Positions 9,476 through 19,600 of a stretch of 64,000 nucleotides of DNA are shown here, piece after piece; within the stretch, counting starts at the first letter, position 1, and each line of letters starts with the position of its first letter. This stretch comes from Longimicrobiales bacterium (GTDB taxonomy: Bacteria > Gemmatimonadota > Gemmatimonadetes > Longimicrobiales > Gaopeijiaceae), in the NCBI GenBank assembly GCA_963422615.1, contig OY730414.1, positions 1,844,302-1,908,301 on the forward strand, in the 5' to 3' direction. The notes beneath the pieces are model-generated. The model did not search any database. It was not told the origin of the DNA and saw nothing but the letters and a program-made list of their open reading frames with translations. The position numbers were made by a program, and so were the translations under genes.

Positions 9476-10096
9476 CTACCCGACTTTGAAAACGCTCACC
9501 CGGGCCGGGCGGATGAGCTGTCCTTCAAGGACATACCCTCGCTGAAATACCCGCTCAACCAAGTCGTCGTCCTCTTCCGACTCCGCGGTCACCCGCATCA
9601 TGGCCTCCATGGTGTTCGGGTCAAACCTCTCCCCCGTCGGATCGACGAAATCGACGCCGATGTCCTTCAAGATCCGAAAGAATTTTTGTTCCACCAAGCT
9701 GGCCCCCTCCACGACTGCCTCTGCAGAAGCGGGGGCATCGGGATTCCAGGCGGAGACCCGCTGCAGGTCGTCCAGGGGCTCGAGAAGGCGGGACACGAGA
9801 TTGGCCTGGGCCCGGGCCCAGCGGCCTCGCAACCGGCCCTCCGTTCGCTTCCTGTAGTTGTCGAAGTCCGCGGCGAGGCGGAGTTGCTGGTCTCTCGCCA
9901 AGTCCCGCTCGGCTCGGAGGCGTTCGGCCTCGTCCACCTCGGGAGAGAATTCTTCCGTTCCGGCGGTTGCCTGGGAGGCGTCAATGGCCGCTTCGCCCAG
10001 CGGCGTCTCCCCTTCGGGAACCTCCGGTTGACTCTTCCCGGCTTCCCCGGGTCCTCCCGCCTGGTTCTGCGCCCGGGCGCTCGTGTCGTCGTTCAT
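9476..10096 (-). CDS. grpE: nucleotide exchange factor GrpE
   Basis: LRLAADFDNYRKR, FDPNTMEA, GY...LIRPARVSV; start at ATG 10096 or GTG 10141. Confidence 0.95.
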   Translation of the reverse strand: MNDDTSARAQNQAGGPGEAGKSQPEVPEGETPLGEAAIDASQATAGTEEFSPEVDEAERLRAERDLARDQQLRLAADFDNYRKRTEGRLRGRWARAQANLVSRLLEPLDDLQRVSAWNPDAPASAEAVVEGASLVEQKFFRILKDIGVDFVDPTGERFDPNTMEAMMRVTAESEEDDDLVERVFQRGYVLEGQLIRPARVSVFKVG

Positions 10097-10137
10097 CGTC
10101 CTTCCAACCGTTGTGTTGAAGTTCAGCATCCTGCGGT

Positions 10138-10758
10138 TCACCGAACCAGGGTCCGGTAGCTCCAGAGGTAATCAATCATCGAATAGACCGTCAGGAAGAC
10201 GGCCACTGCCAGCATGACCGCGACCCAGGTCGAATGAAAGGCCCGCCACACGCCCCAAACCCCGCCGGACCATTCCGCTGCCATGCTGGAACGGAGGAGG
10301 GGATACCAGAGCAGGAGGCCACCGACAAAGAAGTTCTGGGTCAATGCCTTGTACTTCCCCGACCGGCCCGCGGAGATCACGACCCCTTGGCGAACCGCAT
10401 AACCCCGGAACAGGGTAACAAGGAATTCCCGCCCGAACACCACCACCATTACCCAGAGCGGCAGGGTTCCCCACCCGGGTACCGCACTGATGTCGTCCGT
10501 CCGCCTGGAGATGATGTAGAAGGGAATGAATGTGCTGGCGAGGAGCAGTTTGTCGGCGATGGGATCCAGCAGCTTCCCCATGTTGGTGATCAACCCATGT
10601 TTCCGGGCTACATACCCGTCCCAGAGGTCGGAGAACGCCGCAAGCATGAACAGAACGAAGGCCGCGTAGCGGCTTGCCCCTCGGGTTGAGAGCGCCAGGT
10701 AGCCAATGGCCGGGCAAACTGCGATCCGCGCCACAGTGATCGCGTTGGGCAGATTCAA
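10138..10758 (-). CDS. pgsA: CDP-diacylglycerol--glycerol-3-phosphate phosphatidyltransferase
   Basis: NLPNAITVAR; DLWDGYVAR...GKLLDPIADK CDP-alcohol motif. Confidence 0.92.
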   Translation of the reverse strand: MNLPNAITVARIAVCPAIGYLALSTRGASRYAAFVLFMLAAFSDLWDGYVARKHGLITNMGKLLDPIADKLLLASTFIPFYIISRRTDDISAVPGWGTLPLWVMVVVFGREFLVTLFRGYAVRQGVVISAGRSGKYKALTQNFFVGGLLLWYPLLRSSMAAEWSGGVWGVWRAFHSTWVAVMLAVAVFLTVYSMIDYLWSYRTLVR

Positions 10759-11054
10759 ACGCGCTCCACCCTTTTTTGCAGCTCCTCCTCCATCCGGGTA
10801 AGGATCGCTGCAGCCTGCCTTCTCAGCATCGACCGGGGCTCCCAGGCCGTGAAGTCCCGGAGCAACGTGACCGCGTCAACCGTTCCGGGTTCCCCAGCCA
10901 GGTGCCCTAGGGCTGCAAGCCGCCGGAAGGCGTTGGGGCTGAAGAGGTTCCGGCGGTGCCGGAGAAGTTGGTCGCGAAGCACCAAAGCCGTCAGGGCGCC
11001 CGCTGCGCCGACACCCAGCAGGAACAAACCGGCTCTACGAAGGCCGCGGTTCAT
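10755..11054 (-). CDS. hypothetical membrane-anchored protein
   Basis: N-terminal hydrophobic helix; 4-nt overlaps with recR and pgsA. Confidence 0.7.
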   Translation of the reverse strand: MNRGLRRAGLFLLGVGAAGALTALVLRDQLLRHRRNLFSPNAFRRLAALGHLAGEPGTVDAVTLLRDFTAWEPRSMLRRQAAAILTRMEEELQKRVERV

Positions 11055-11692
11055 GAGCCTCCGATTCTTGTTCCGGCCACGAAAGAAGTCGTGGCGCTGC
11101 GCATTTCCCGCCGACCTGCAAGGGCTTCGCCAATGGTCGTTCCGTCCACGTACTCCAGGTCGCTGCCCACGGGAATGCCCCGCGCCAACCGGGTCACCCG
11201 TAGGGGATGGGAACGCAGCAGGTTCTCCAGGTACACGGCGGTCGCTTCACCCTCCACGCTGGCGTTTGTCGCCAGGATGACTTCCTTCACCTCTCCTGCG
11301 GAGGCCTCGATTCGCCCGAGCAGGCCCTCGATGTTGAGCTTGTCGGGGCCAATCCCGTCAAGGGGAGAGAGGTGCCCACCCAATACGTGGAAGGCTCCCC
11401 TATATTGGCCGGTTCGATCAATGGCCCCAACTTCGTACGCTTCTTCAACCACGCAGATTACGCCCTTATCGCGAGAGGGGTCCCGGCAGACCGAACAGAG
11501 GCTGGTGTCGCAGTAGTTTCCGCAGACCGGACAAGGATGGACTCGGTCAGCCACGTCCCCCAGGACGGCCGCCAAGCGGCGCATGTCCTTCTTGGGACCC
11601 TTGACCAAGTGATGGGCAAGACGCAGCGCCGTTTTTGCGCCGATCCCCGGGAGCCGTCCCAGTTCTCGAATGAGGTTCTCGATTGCCGACAC
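11051..11692 (-). CDS. recR: recombination mediator RecR
   Basis: LPGIGAKTA HhH, CPVC..CSVC zinc finger, Toprim EVILAT..EGEATA. Confidence 0.97.
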   Translation of the reverse strand: MSAIENLIRELGRLPGIGAKTALRLAHHLVKGPKKDMRRLAAVLGDVADRVHPCPVCGNYCDTSLCSVCRDPSRDKGVICVVEEAYEVGAIDRTGQYRGAFHVLGGHLSPLDGIGPDKLNIEGLLGRIEASAGEVKEVILATNASVEGEATAVYLENLLRSHPLRVTRLARGIPVGSDLEYVDGTTIGEALAGRREMRSATTSFVAGTRIGGS

Positions 11693-11710
11693 GGCCGGAA
11701 AGCGCGAACC

Positions 11711-12028
11711 CTACAGCAGCCCTGAAAGGTTGGCAGGGAGTCCCCCGGCCGCTTGCCGCATGTGCTCTTCCGAGAACCCGCGGGCGCGGTTCTGGGCAGC
11801 CACCACCGCCGCGACGATGAGGTCTTCCAGCATCTCCGCGTCTTCCGGGTCGATTACCTCCGGGTCGATGGAAAGGCCCTTCAGATCTCCCTTACCCGTC
11901 ACTCGAGCGGTGACCATGCCTCCTCCTGCGGAAGCTTCCAACTCCTCCGCTTCCAGACTGTCCTGAAGCTCCTTCATTCTGGCTTGAAGGTGCTGACCCA
12001 TCTTCATGAGTTGCTGGATATTCGTCAT
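11711..12028 (-). CDS. YbaB/EbfC nucleoid-associated protein
   Basis: SAGGGMV, IDP..D.EMLEDLIVAA; dnaX-ybaB-recR order; start ATG 12028. Confidence 0.93.
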   Translation of the reverse strand: MTNIQQLMKMGQHLQARMKELQDSLEAEELEASAGGGMVTARVTGKGDLKGLSIDPEVIDPEDAEMLEDLIVAAVVAAQNRARGFSEEHMRQAAGGLPANLSGLL

Positions 12029-12074
12029 CCCTCTGCCCTGGCAATGATTTCCTTGAGGTTCCTCTACCTGCGGT

Positions 12075-13874
12075 TCACGAGTCCACGAAATCAAGGTCCA
12101 GCTCCGCAACGGCCCCCTTGACGAACGGCGCCCGTTCGATCAGCTCCGCCAGTCGAGTTCCGCGAATTGCCTCCTCCGCCCCTTCGGAATTTTTTTTCTC
12201 ATCCAAGGGCGCACTTTCGTCGCTCTCAAGTGCAATCTCAACAGAATCGCGGCCCGAAGAAAGGGCCAGACCTCGCCGCAACGTGGCCAAGACAGAGGGG
12301 TCGCGAACCCGATCAAGAGCCGGTCCCGGTGGGATCTTAAGCGACAAACCGTTCGTGGTCTCCCGCACTTCGGAAGCCCGAAGAAAGGGCGTGAGTCCGG
12401 GAGGAATCGACGCCGGACCGGCAAGGTACGCCTGCCAGGCGGCAAGGAGCGGGCCGGAACCGGGAACACCGGGGGCGTCGGAAGACCGGGACGAGCTCGG
12501 AGAACGGGGCTCCGACGCCGTCGCTTCCGGTTTCTTGCGAACGGAAGCCGCTCCTGGGCGAACCGTCGCCGATCGGTGCCCCGTCCCGGACCGGGAGGCG
12601 GCAACCGGTACAACCTTCTCTTCGGCGCTGGCGGTCCGGTCCGACGGGAGGACCGACAGGGAAGCGGAAGACCCCGCCGACGGCACCCCCTGCTTGCCAG
12701 CCGGTGCGGAGCTCCGCGCCGGGGCTCCGCCCAAGGCTTGGATGATCTCCTCCAGCTCCACGGTGCGATCCATGTAGCTCATCCGAAGGAGAAGCATCTC
12801 CACCAGGACCCGAGGTCTGCCTGTGCGCCTCAAGCTCCCGTCGGCCTCCAGAGCCGTGGCCATGGCGAGCATGCGCACCAGGTCCCCCGGCGAGAACCCA
12901 GCGGCCCGCTGGGCGAATCCTTCTCGGAGCTCCCTCCCCATGTCGCCCGAGGCCGCGTTGGCGTCCAGGGAGATGCGGAGGAGAAGCCGGAGCTTTTCCG
13001 TGAGCCCCCGGTAGAACTCGACCAGGTCATAACCTTCGTCTACGAGCGCCTCCACGAAGTCGAAGACCGCCCCGTGGCGACGTTCGATGACCAGGTCGAA
13101 AAACTCCAGGTACCGTTCTTCGGCGACGACCCCGAGGACGCGCACGACCGAGTCGATGGTGAGCTCCTTGTCCGACAGGGCGAGAACTTGATCCAGAAGC
13201 GACAGTCCATCGCGCATTCCCCCGTTCGCTTTTCGAGCGACGGCTCGCAGGGCTTCCGGACTGGACGGAATGCCCTCCGCCTCCAAGACTTCCTCCAGCC
13301 GCCCCATGATGTCGGCAACCCCGATACGCCTGAAGTCGAAACGCTGACACCGAGACAGAATCGGAGAGGCCATCTGCAGGATCTTCTGCGGCTCGGTGGT
13401 GGCAAAAACAAAGATCACCCGGGGAGGCGGCTCCTCCAGAATCTTGAGGAGGGCGTTCCACGCTTCTCGGGTAAGCATATGCGCTTCGTCGAGGATGTAG
13501 ACCTTATGGCGGTGCTCCGCCGAGGGGGCGTACATGGCCCGCTCCCGTAGCTGGCGGGCATCTTCCACGCCCCGGTTCGAAGCGGCGTCGACCTCGACCA
13601 CATCGAGAGAGGTGTGACCCGCCCAGATGCGGCCGCAGTTCTCGCAGCTTCCGCACGGCTCCCCCTCCGGCGTGCGGTTCGGGCAGTTGAGCGACATCGC
13701 GAGGATTCTGGCCAGCGTGGTCTTGCCAACGCCCCTGGGGCCGCAAAAGAGATAGGCGTGCCCGACCCGGTCTCCGGCGACGGCCCGCTTGAGGGTCTCG
13801 GACACGTGCTCTTGGGTCGCCACCTCCCGGAAACGGCGGGGCCGGTACGTTCGGGCTAGGGCGAGATGTGACAA
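12075..13874 (-). CDS. dnaX: DNA polymerase III subunit gamma/tau
   Basis: LARTYRP, GPRGVGKTT, DAASNRGV, DEAHML, SRC; low-complexity linker. Confidence 0.97.
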   Translation of the reverse strand: MSHLALARTYRPRRFREVATQEHVSETLKRAVAGDRVGHAYLFCGPRGVGKTTLARILAMSLNCPNRTPEGEPCGSCENCGRIWAGHTSLDVVEVDAASNRGVEDARQLRERAMYAPSAEHRHKVYILDEAHMLTREAWNALLKILEEPPPRVIFVFATTEPQKILQMASPILSRCQRFDFRRIGVADIMGRLEEVLEAEGIPSSPEALRAVARKANGGMRDGLSLLDQVLALSDKELTIDSVVRVLGVVAEERYLEFFDLVIERRHGAVFDFVEALVDEGYDLVEFYRGLTEKLRLLLRISLDANAASGDMGRELREGFAQRAAGFSPGDLVRMLAMATALEADGSLRRTGRPRVLVEMLLLRMSYMDRTVELEEIIQALGGAPARSSAPAGKQGVPSAGSSASLSVLPSDRTASAEEKVVPVAASRSGTGHRSATVRPGAASVRKKPEATASEPRSPSSSRSSDAPGVPGSGPLLAAWQAYLAGPASIPPGLTPFLRASEVRETTNGLSLKIPPGPALDRVRDPSVLATLRRGLALSSGRDSVEIALESDESAPLDEKKNSEGAEEAIRGTRLAELIERAPFVKGAVAELDLDFVDS

Positions 13875-13952
13875 GGCACTCGTGGCTCAAAGGACGGAAC
13901 GTCGCAATGGACGGAAACGTCGGGCTCCTCAATGATCCGAGCGGAGGGAAAA

Positions 13953-14052
13953 GTGCCCCAGGCACTCCGCGACAGCGTTCACCACACTTACCGCTGCTAC
14001 CTGCGGGGTCCTGACGGGGTTCATGGGCTCCGACTCCGCGGACCTGGGGCAC
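13953..14052 (-). ncRNA. ffs: small SRP RNA (4.5S)
   Basis: Terminal stem GTGCCCCAGG/CCTGGGGCAC, domain IV TCAGG...AGCAGC, canonical position upstream of dnaX. Confidence 0.92.
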
Positions 14053-14059
14053 CTACCAT

Positions 14060-14089
14060 AATGTACCCGAATTCGAGCTTGGCCGTCAA
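14060..14089 (-). promoter_or_regulatory. sigma70-type promoter of ffs
   Basis: TTGACG-N18-TACATT just upstream of the SRP 5' end. Confidence 0.7.
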
Positions 14090-14290
14090 CGCCGACAAGC
14101 CCGATGTTATCCGTACCCGGGGACTCCGGTGGGCGCGGCCATACACGCTTCAATGCGCCGTATCTTCATCTCGGCGCCCGGGACACAGACCTGGGTGCGC
14201 AACGGACGCTTGGGGGAGCCATTTCGTGAATCAGGTTGGCAGTCACGCCCGGCTGCCCGATGGGACGCCGACGATGGGCTCTCCCACCGG

Positions 14291-14665
14291 TTAGCTTCCG
14301 GGCCGCCATGCATCGGGAATGTGATCGATTTGGGGACCCTCCCTCGTAATCTCCACGGCAACGGCGTCGAAACGGTAGGCGGTGCCAGGCCGACCATTCT
14401 CGTAGACCCAGCGCCGTGCCGCCGTCTCCACTGCCCGCCTCTTGAGCCGTCGGACCGGCTCCAGCGGTGCCCCTCCGGTCGTTGTCGTTCGGGTCTTCAC
14501 TTCTACGAAGGCCACCAAGTCGTCCCGACACGCCACGAGGTCGATCTCCTTGGGGCCAGCCCGATAGTTCCGGGCGAGAATCGTCCATCCCTGCCCGGAG
14601 AGGTAGGCCGCTGCCAGCTCCTCCCCGTGCTGCCCCACCTGCCTCCGCCGGACATCCTTCTTCAT
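14291..14665 (-). CDS. YraN family (UPF0102) nuclease-like protein
   Basis: G..GEELAAAYL, RNYR..EIDLVA, FVEVKTR, RFDAVAV; AGGAG SD before ATG 14665. Confidence 0.93.
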   Translation of the reverse strand: MKKDVRRRQVGQHGEELAAAYLSGQGWTILARNYRAGPKEIDLVACRDDLVAFVEVKTRTTTTGGAPLEPVRRLKRRAVETAARRWVYENGRPGTAYRFDAVAVEITREGPQIDHIPDAWRPGS

Positions 14666-14760
14666 CCGTTCGGATCTCCTTATCCGAGGTGCATCCCACG
14701 TGTGGATCACGTGGGATAAGGCTAAAGAGCAAATCCGGGCGAAAGAATCGCTGGACGAGC

Positions 14761-15822
14761 CTACTTCGGAGAGCCCCCGGTACCGGGAAGGCCACCATCG
14801 TCCCCGGCCAAAGCGCGTCCGATGGCCGTTGCGATGGAACCACACTGGGCCACCAGCTCCCGGAACTGGTCCGGGTACAAGCTTTGGGCACCATCGGACA
14901 GGGCCGCCGGAGGGTCTGGATGAACTTCGATCATGAGGCCGTCCGCTCCCGCCGCCACGGCCGCTCGAGCCATGGGGATGACTTTGGACCGCATGCCTGT
15001 CCCGTGGCTGGGATCGGCGACAATGGGAAGGTGGGTCAGCGACTTCACGAGAGGAATTGCGGTCAGATCAAGGAGATTGCGGGTCTGCCGGTCGAAGCTG
15101 CGAACGCCCCGTTCGCAGAGAATCACCTGGGAATTTCCCTCGTTCAGCAGGTATTCTGCAGCCAGAAGCAATTCGGTGATCGTCGCCGACATTCCCCGCT
15201 TGAGCAGCACAGGCCTTCCGGCCCGGCCCACCCGCTTCAGCAGAGGATAGTTCTGCATGTTCCGGGCACCGATCTGGATCACGTCGGCATACTCGCCCAC
15301 CATCGCTACGCTGTCCGAATCCACCGCCTCGGTCACGACGGCCAAGCCCGTTTGCTCTCGCGCTTCGGCCAGGAGTTCCAATCCCTTCCGCCCCAAGCCC
15401 TGGAATGAATAGGGGGAGGTTCTGGGCTTGAAGGCTCCGCCTCTCAACACCCGGGCTCCCGCGTCTCGAACCTGGGCGGCAATGTCCAGGATCTGATCCC
15501 GCCCCTCAACGGCACACGGGCCCGCCATGAGCACGACTTCCGGCCCCCCCAAGACGGCACCATTCCCCAGCCTCACAACGGTGCCCTCTTCCCGCCACTC
15601 CCGGGAAACCTGCTTGTACGGCCTGCTGACCTTGAGGACCTCCCGAACGCCAGGAAGGCCCTCAAGCCGGGCCGAATCCACCTGTCGGTCGTTTCCGACG
15701 AGACAGATGGCCGTACGCTGGCGTCCCGGGATGGGTCGGGCTTCATAGCCCATCGCGTCGATGGTATCGGTGACGCGGCGGATCTCCTCGGGCGTGGCCC
15801 GGTGGTGCATTACGATGAGCAT
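14761..15822 (-). CDS. aroF: DAHP synthase type I-beta with N-terminal regulatory domain
   Basis: [37 protein letters not shown]. Confidence 0.95.
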   Translation of the reverse strand: MLIVMHHRATPEEIRRVTDTIDAMGYEARPIPGRQRTAICLVGNDRQVDSARLEGLPGVREVLKVSRPYKQVSREWREEGTVVRLGNGAVLGGPEVVLMAGPCAVEGRDQILDIAAQVRDAGARVLRGGAFKPRTSPYSFQGLGRKGLELLAEAREQTGLAVVTEAVDSDSVAMVGEYADVIQIGARNMQNYPLLKRVGRAGRPVLLKRGMSATITELLLAAEYLLNEGNSQVILCERGVRSFDRQTRNLLDLTAIPLVKSLTHLPIVADPSHGTGMRSKVIPMARAAVAAGADGLMIEVHPDPPAALSDGAQSLYPDQFRELVAQCGSIATAIGRALAGDDGGLPGTGGSPK

Positions 15823-16637
15823 CGGCGTCGTCCGGCTGTCACCCGCTGGGTCTCCTGGGAGCCCGCCTTCCCTCCTCTTACCTCGAACTCCTGGCCATCT
15901 TCCGCGCAGATCACGGTGCCGCCGTAACCGGCCTCTCGAACCAGGGCAGGTGTCGATTCCGGGTCAAGGGGCGGGTAGAGGTGAGTCAGGATGAGGAGGC
16001 CCGGTCGGGCGGTCCGTGCCAGGGCGGCGACGGAAGTCGGGGAAAGATGGTTGTCCGCCTTGGGGGGGTCCGCGTACCCACATTCGCTGACAAGGACATC
16101 CACGCCCTTGAAGAACGCGCCCAGCGCAGGTTCGGGTCCCGTGTCACCCGTGTATCCGGCAGATCCGCTCCCCAGCCGGGTGCGGACGGCCACCGAACTG
16201 CGGGTGTGCCGGGTGGGAACGAAACGGATGTTCATGGACGCCGCCTCGTCGGTCCAGCTTCCTCGGCAAGACACCTCATGGTAGGTCAGTTCGAAGCCGG
16301 GATCAACCATGAACCCCCCATAGGCGACCCGGAGGGCCTCCACACGGGCCCCCAGCCCCGGAGGCCCCAGAATCCGCAGCGGTCGGCTTCTGGGGGCCGG
16401 AAGGGCCCGTTTGAAAGCGAAGAGCAGGTGGGGGAGGTCGCCAAAGTGATCCGTGTGATAGTGGCTGAACACCAGATGAGTGATCTTCCACCACGGTTTC
16501 CCGTGGCGGGCCATGCCGTGGACGGACCCGGGACCTGCATCCAGGAGGAGCCGGGTGTTGCCCGCCTCCAGGAGGTGGCACGGCGAAGCGCGGCCGGGCG
16601 ACGGGACCAGGGTTCCCGAGCCGATGACGGTGAGCAT
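15810..16637 (-). CDS. MBL-fold metallo-hydrolase (RNase Z/BN-like)
   Basis: [31 protein letters not shown]. Confidence 0.88.
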   Translation of the reverse strand: MLTVIGSGTLVPSPGRASPCHLLEAGNTRLLLDAGPGSVHGMARHGKPWWKITHLVFSHYHTDHFGDLPHLLFAFKRALPAPRSRPLRILGPPGLGARVEALRVAYGGFMVDPGFELTYHEVSCRGSWTDEAASMNIRFVPTRHTRSSVAVRTRLGSGSAGYTGDTGPEPALGAFFKGVDVLVSECGYADPPKADNHLSPTSVAALARTARPGLLILTHLYPPLDPESTPALVREAGYGGTVICAEDGQEFEVRGGKAGSQETQRVTAGRRRCSS

Positions 16638-16642
16638 GGGGT

Positions 16643-19600
16643 TCACCCGACCGGGCCCGTCGCTTCCAAGCGAACCCCGACGATGGAAGAGACCCCGGGT
16701 TCTTCCATCGTGACGCCGTAGATCCAATCCGCCGCCTCGATGGTCCTTGGATTGTGGGTGATCACAACGAACTGGGTCTGCGCTTTGAACCCTTGGAGTA
16801 ACCGAATGAAGCGACCGATGTTGGATTCATCCAGGGGAGCGTCCACTTCGTCCAGGATACAAAAGGGGCTGGGTTTGACCAAATAGATTCCAAAGAGAAG
16901 CGACAGGGCCGTGAGGGCCCGCTCCCCGCCGGAGAGCAGGTCGATCCGCTGGGTTCGCTTGCCCCCGGGGGCGGCGTGGATCTCGACAGGGGATTCCAAG
17001 GGACGATCGGGATCCGCCAGGCGAAGGTTCGCTTCGCCCCCGTCGAAAAGGTGCCGGAAGGTTCGCCGAAAGTTTTCCCGAATCGCTTCGAAGCTCCCCA
17101 TGAACAGCTGGGTGGCCGTTTCGTTGATCCGGCGGATCGCCGAACGGAGGTCGTTGCCGGCCCGAACCAAGTCCTCCCTTTGCCGGGAAAGAAACTCGAG
17201 GCGAGCGCTCTCTTCGGCGTGTTCTTCCACTGCCAGCATGTTCACCGGACCCATCCGATTCAGCCGGCCCACGATCCCGGTCAGCTCGGTCTTCAAGTCC
17301 TCCGGAGGGCCTTTCACTATTTCAGTCTCCTGGATCAGGGCTTCCAAGGGCCGATTCCACTCGGCCTCCAGACGCTCCCCGATCCGCATCGCCTGGTTTC
17401 TGATGTCCTGCCGTCGTAACTCCAGCTCGTGCCGGCGGTCGGCAGCCGCGCGTTCCGCACTCCGAGTCTCCCCTACCCGGCGTTCTGCGGAGGTCACGGC
17501 TTCGGACGCGATCTGGAGCGCTTGTTTCCGGGCTTCCAGGACGTCCTTGGCGTCGTCACGCTTCGAGAAGAGCTGCTGAAGGGCGGCCTGGCCATCCCGG
17601 CGGATCCTCCGAAGTCGAACCAGCTCTTCCTCCAGATCCCGGGTCTCCCGGTCAAGCTCGGCAATCCGGACTCCGGTCCGGTCCACGGTTTCTTCCAAGT
17701 CCGAGATCCGCCCGCGAAGGCGTTCCGCTTCGTTTTCCAGACGTGCCGACCGAATCGCCGTCTCCGATTCGGCCTCCCTGGCCCTCTCCCACTTGTCCTC
17801 AGAGGCGGATTGGTCCTCCCTGCGCCGCTCCAGCCTGGTGGCAAGGGCAGTCTCTTCCTGCCGCAGCCGGGTCAGCGCCGCCTTGGCAGCTCCTTCCCGA
17901 TCGTCGGCTCTGTCTCGGGCCGCACGAGTGCCCTCCAGCTGCCGGGAGATCTCTTCCTGGTGGCGATCCAGGCGCTGTTGCCGGTCGGAATGGGCCGTGG
18001 CCTCTGCTTCAGCCGCCCGGGCTTCGTCCCGGGCTTCAAGAAGGCGCTCCGACGCCGCCCGCGTTTCCTCCTCGCATTCTCCGTATTCCCTCTCCAGCTC
18101 GGTGCGGGCCGCCTGCACGTCTTCCAGTTTCCGACGGGCGGCTTCGCACGCGAAGCCAAGGGACTTGATGCGTTCCCTCCGCTCGAGTCGTCCCCCGGCG
18201 GCGCCTCGGGGCAGGAGGTGTATCGCTCCCCGTACGTCGATCCGGACTTCGCCCTCGGCGTCGGTCGAAACTGAAGACCGGGAGGCCGGATTCAGACCAT
18301 TCCCGATCTTCAGGCCACCCAAGAGAGCTCGGACCCACGGGGCTCCGGCTCCGGTCGCCGAAACGCCAACGGGCAGCGCCCCCCGGGATTCGGGGGCCCT
18401 CTCTCTGGGGAGCAACACCAGCCCCGCCGCACTCTCGGTCTCCGTGTACCATTGTTGGATTCGACCCGCGTCTTCCCTGCTGCGGAGCACCAGGGCAAAA
18501 CCGAACCGGCCCAGGACAGCGTCCACGATCCGGGCGGAAGGGGGGCCCGCAACCCGCACAAAGTCCGACAGGACCCCGAGAACCTGAATCGGAAACGCCT
18601 TGCAGGCGGCTGCGGCCAGGGCTTCTGCTCCCTCCCCGGTCGCCGTCAGCCTCCGAAGGGCGTCCGCCTCCGCCTCCAGGGCCGTGAGCCGGGGTTCCGT
18701 CTCCTTCTCCCGAACCCGGACCGTCTCCAGCCGCTCCCGAAGAAGGCCCAAACGGCGGCGGGAATTCGCGAGGGCTCCGGAAGCTTCTTGCGCACCCACT
18801 GCCAGCACCGTCCGCCGGTCGGAAAACAGATCCCCCTTGGAGCGGAGGTCCCGCTGGGCCCCCGCCCCTTCCCGCGCCACCCGGGAGAGGCGCGTGAGCC
18901 GGCGCCCCATCTCTTCGGCCTGAATCCGGGCGCTCTCCCTGTCCCCCTCAATTCGCGCGATTCTCCTCGTAACGGTTCGGCACTGCACTTCCAGTTCCCG
19001 AACCCGGCCTTGGGCGACCTCCCGCTGTTTCCTGATCTCGGCCGCAGACTTCTTGTATTTTGCGAGGTTTGAACGCACAACTTCAATATCTGCTAGACGT
19101 TGCGCGAAATGATCTCGCAAAGAAGAGAGCTCGTCATCGGATCGGGTTCGAAACTTCGAGAGCCCCGCTTGTTCGTTGGAAATCTGGGCCAGGCGGCGTT
19201 TCCCATGGGTGATTCGCTCCTCGGCGACCGCCACCTCCATCTCGACCCGATACAGTTCCGACCCCACGGCGTCCAGCGAGCTGGCCGATTCGACGCGAGC
19301 CCTTTCTGCCTCCATTTGAACCAAGCGGGCCTGTTCGAGATCCGCCTCCGCGACCCGGAGGCGAGCCTTCGCTCCCACGCCGTCCGCTTGACTGGACTTC
19401 AGCTCCCCATCGACTCGAGAGAGACGGGCGTCCAGCTCCTCCAGGCCGTTCTTTGCCAACGTGACTTCAACCTGGATCCGCCGGGACTGTAGCTTCTCGT
19501 ACCGTTGGGCTTTTCCTTTCTGACGAGCCAGGGACCGGACCTTGGTCCGGACCTCTGCGATCACGTCTTCAATGCGCCGGAGGTCCGCTTCGGAGGTCTT

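Noticed and set aside
14100..14290. Small ORFs or RNA between yraN and ffs
   Set aside because: No SD/start pair, tRNA fold or convincing structure found
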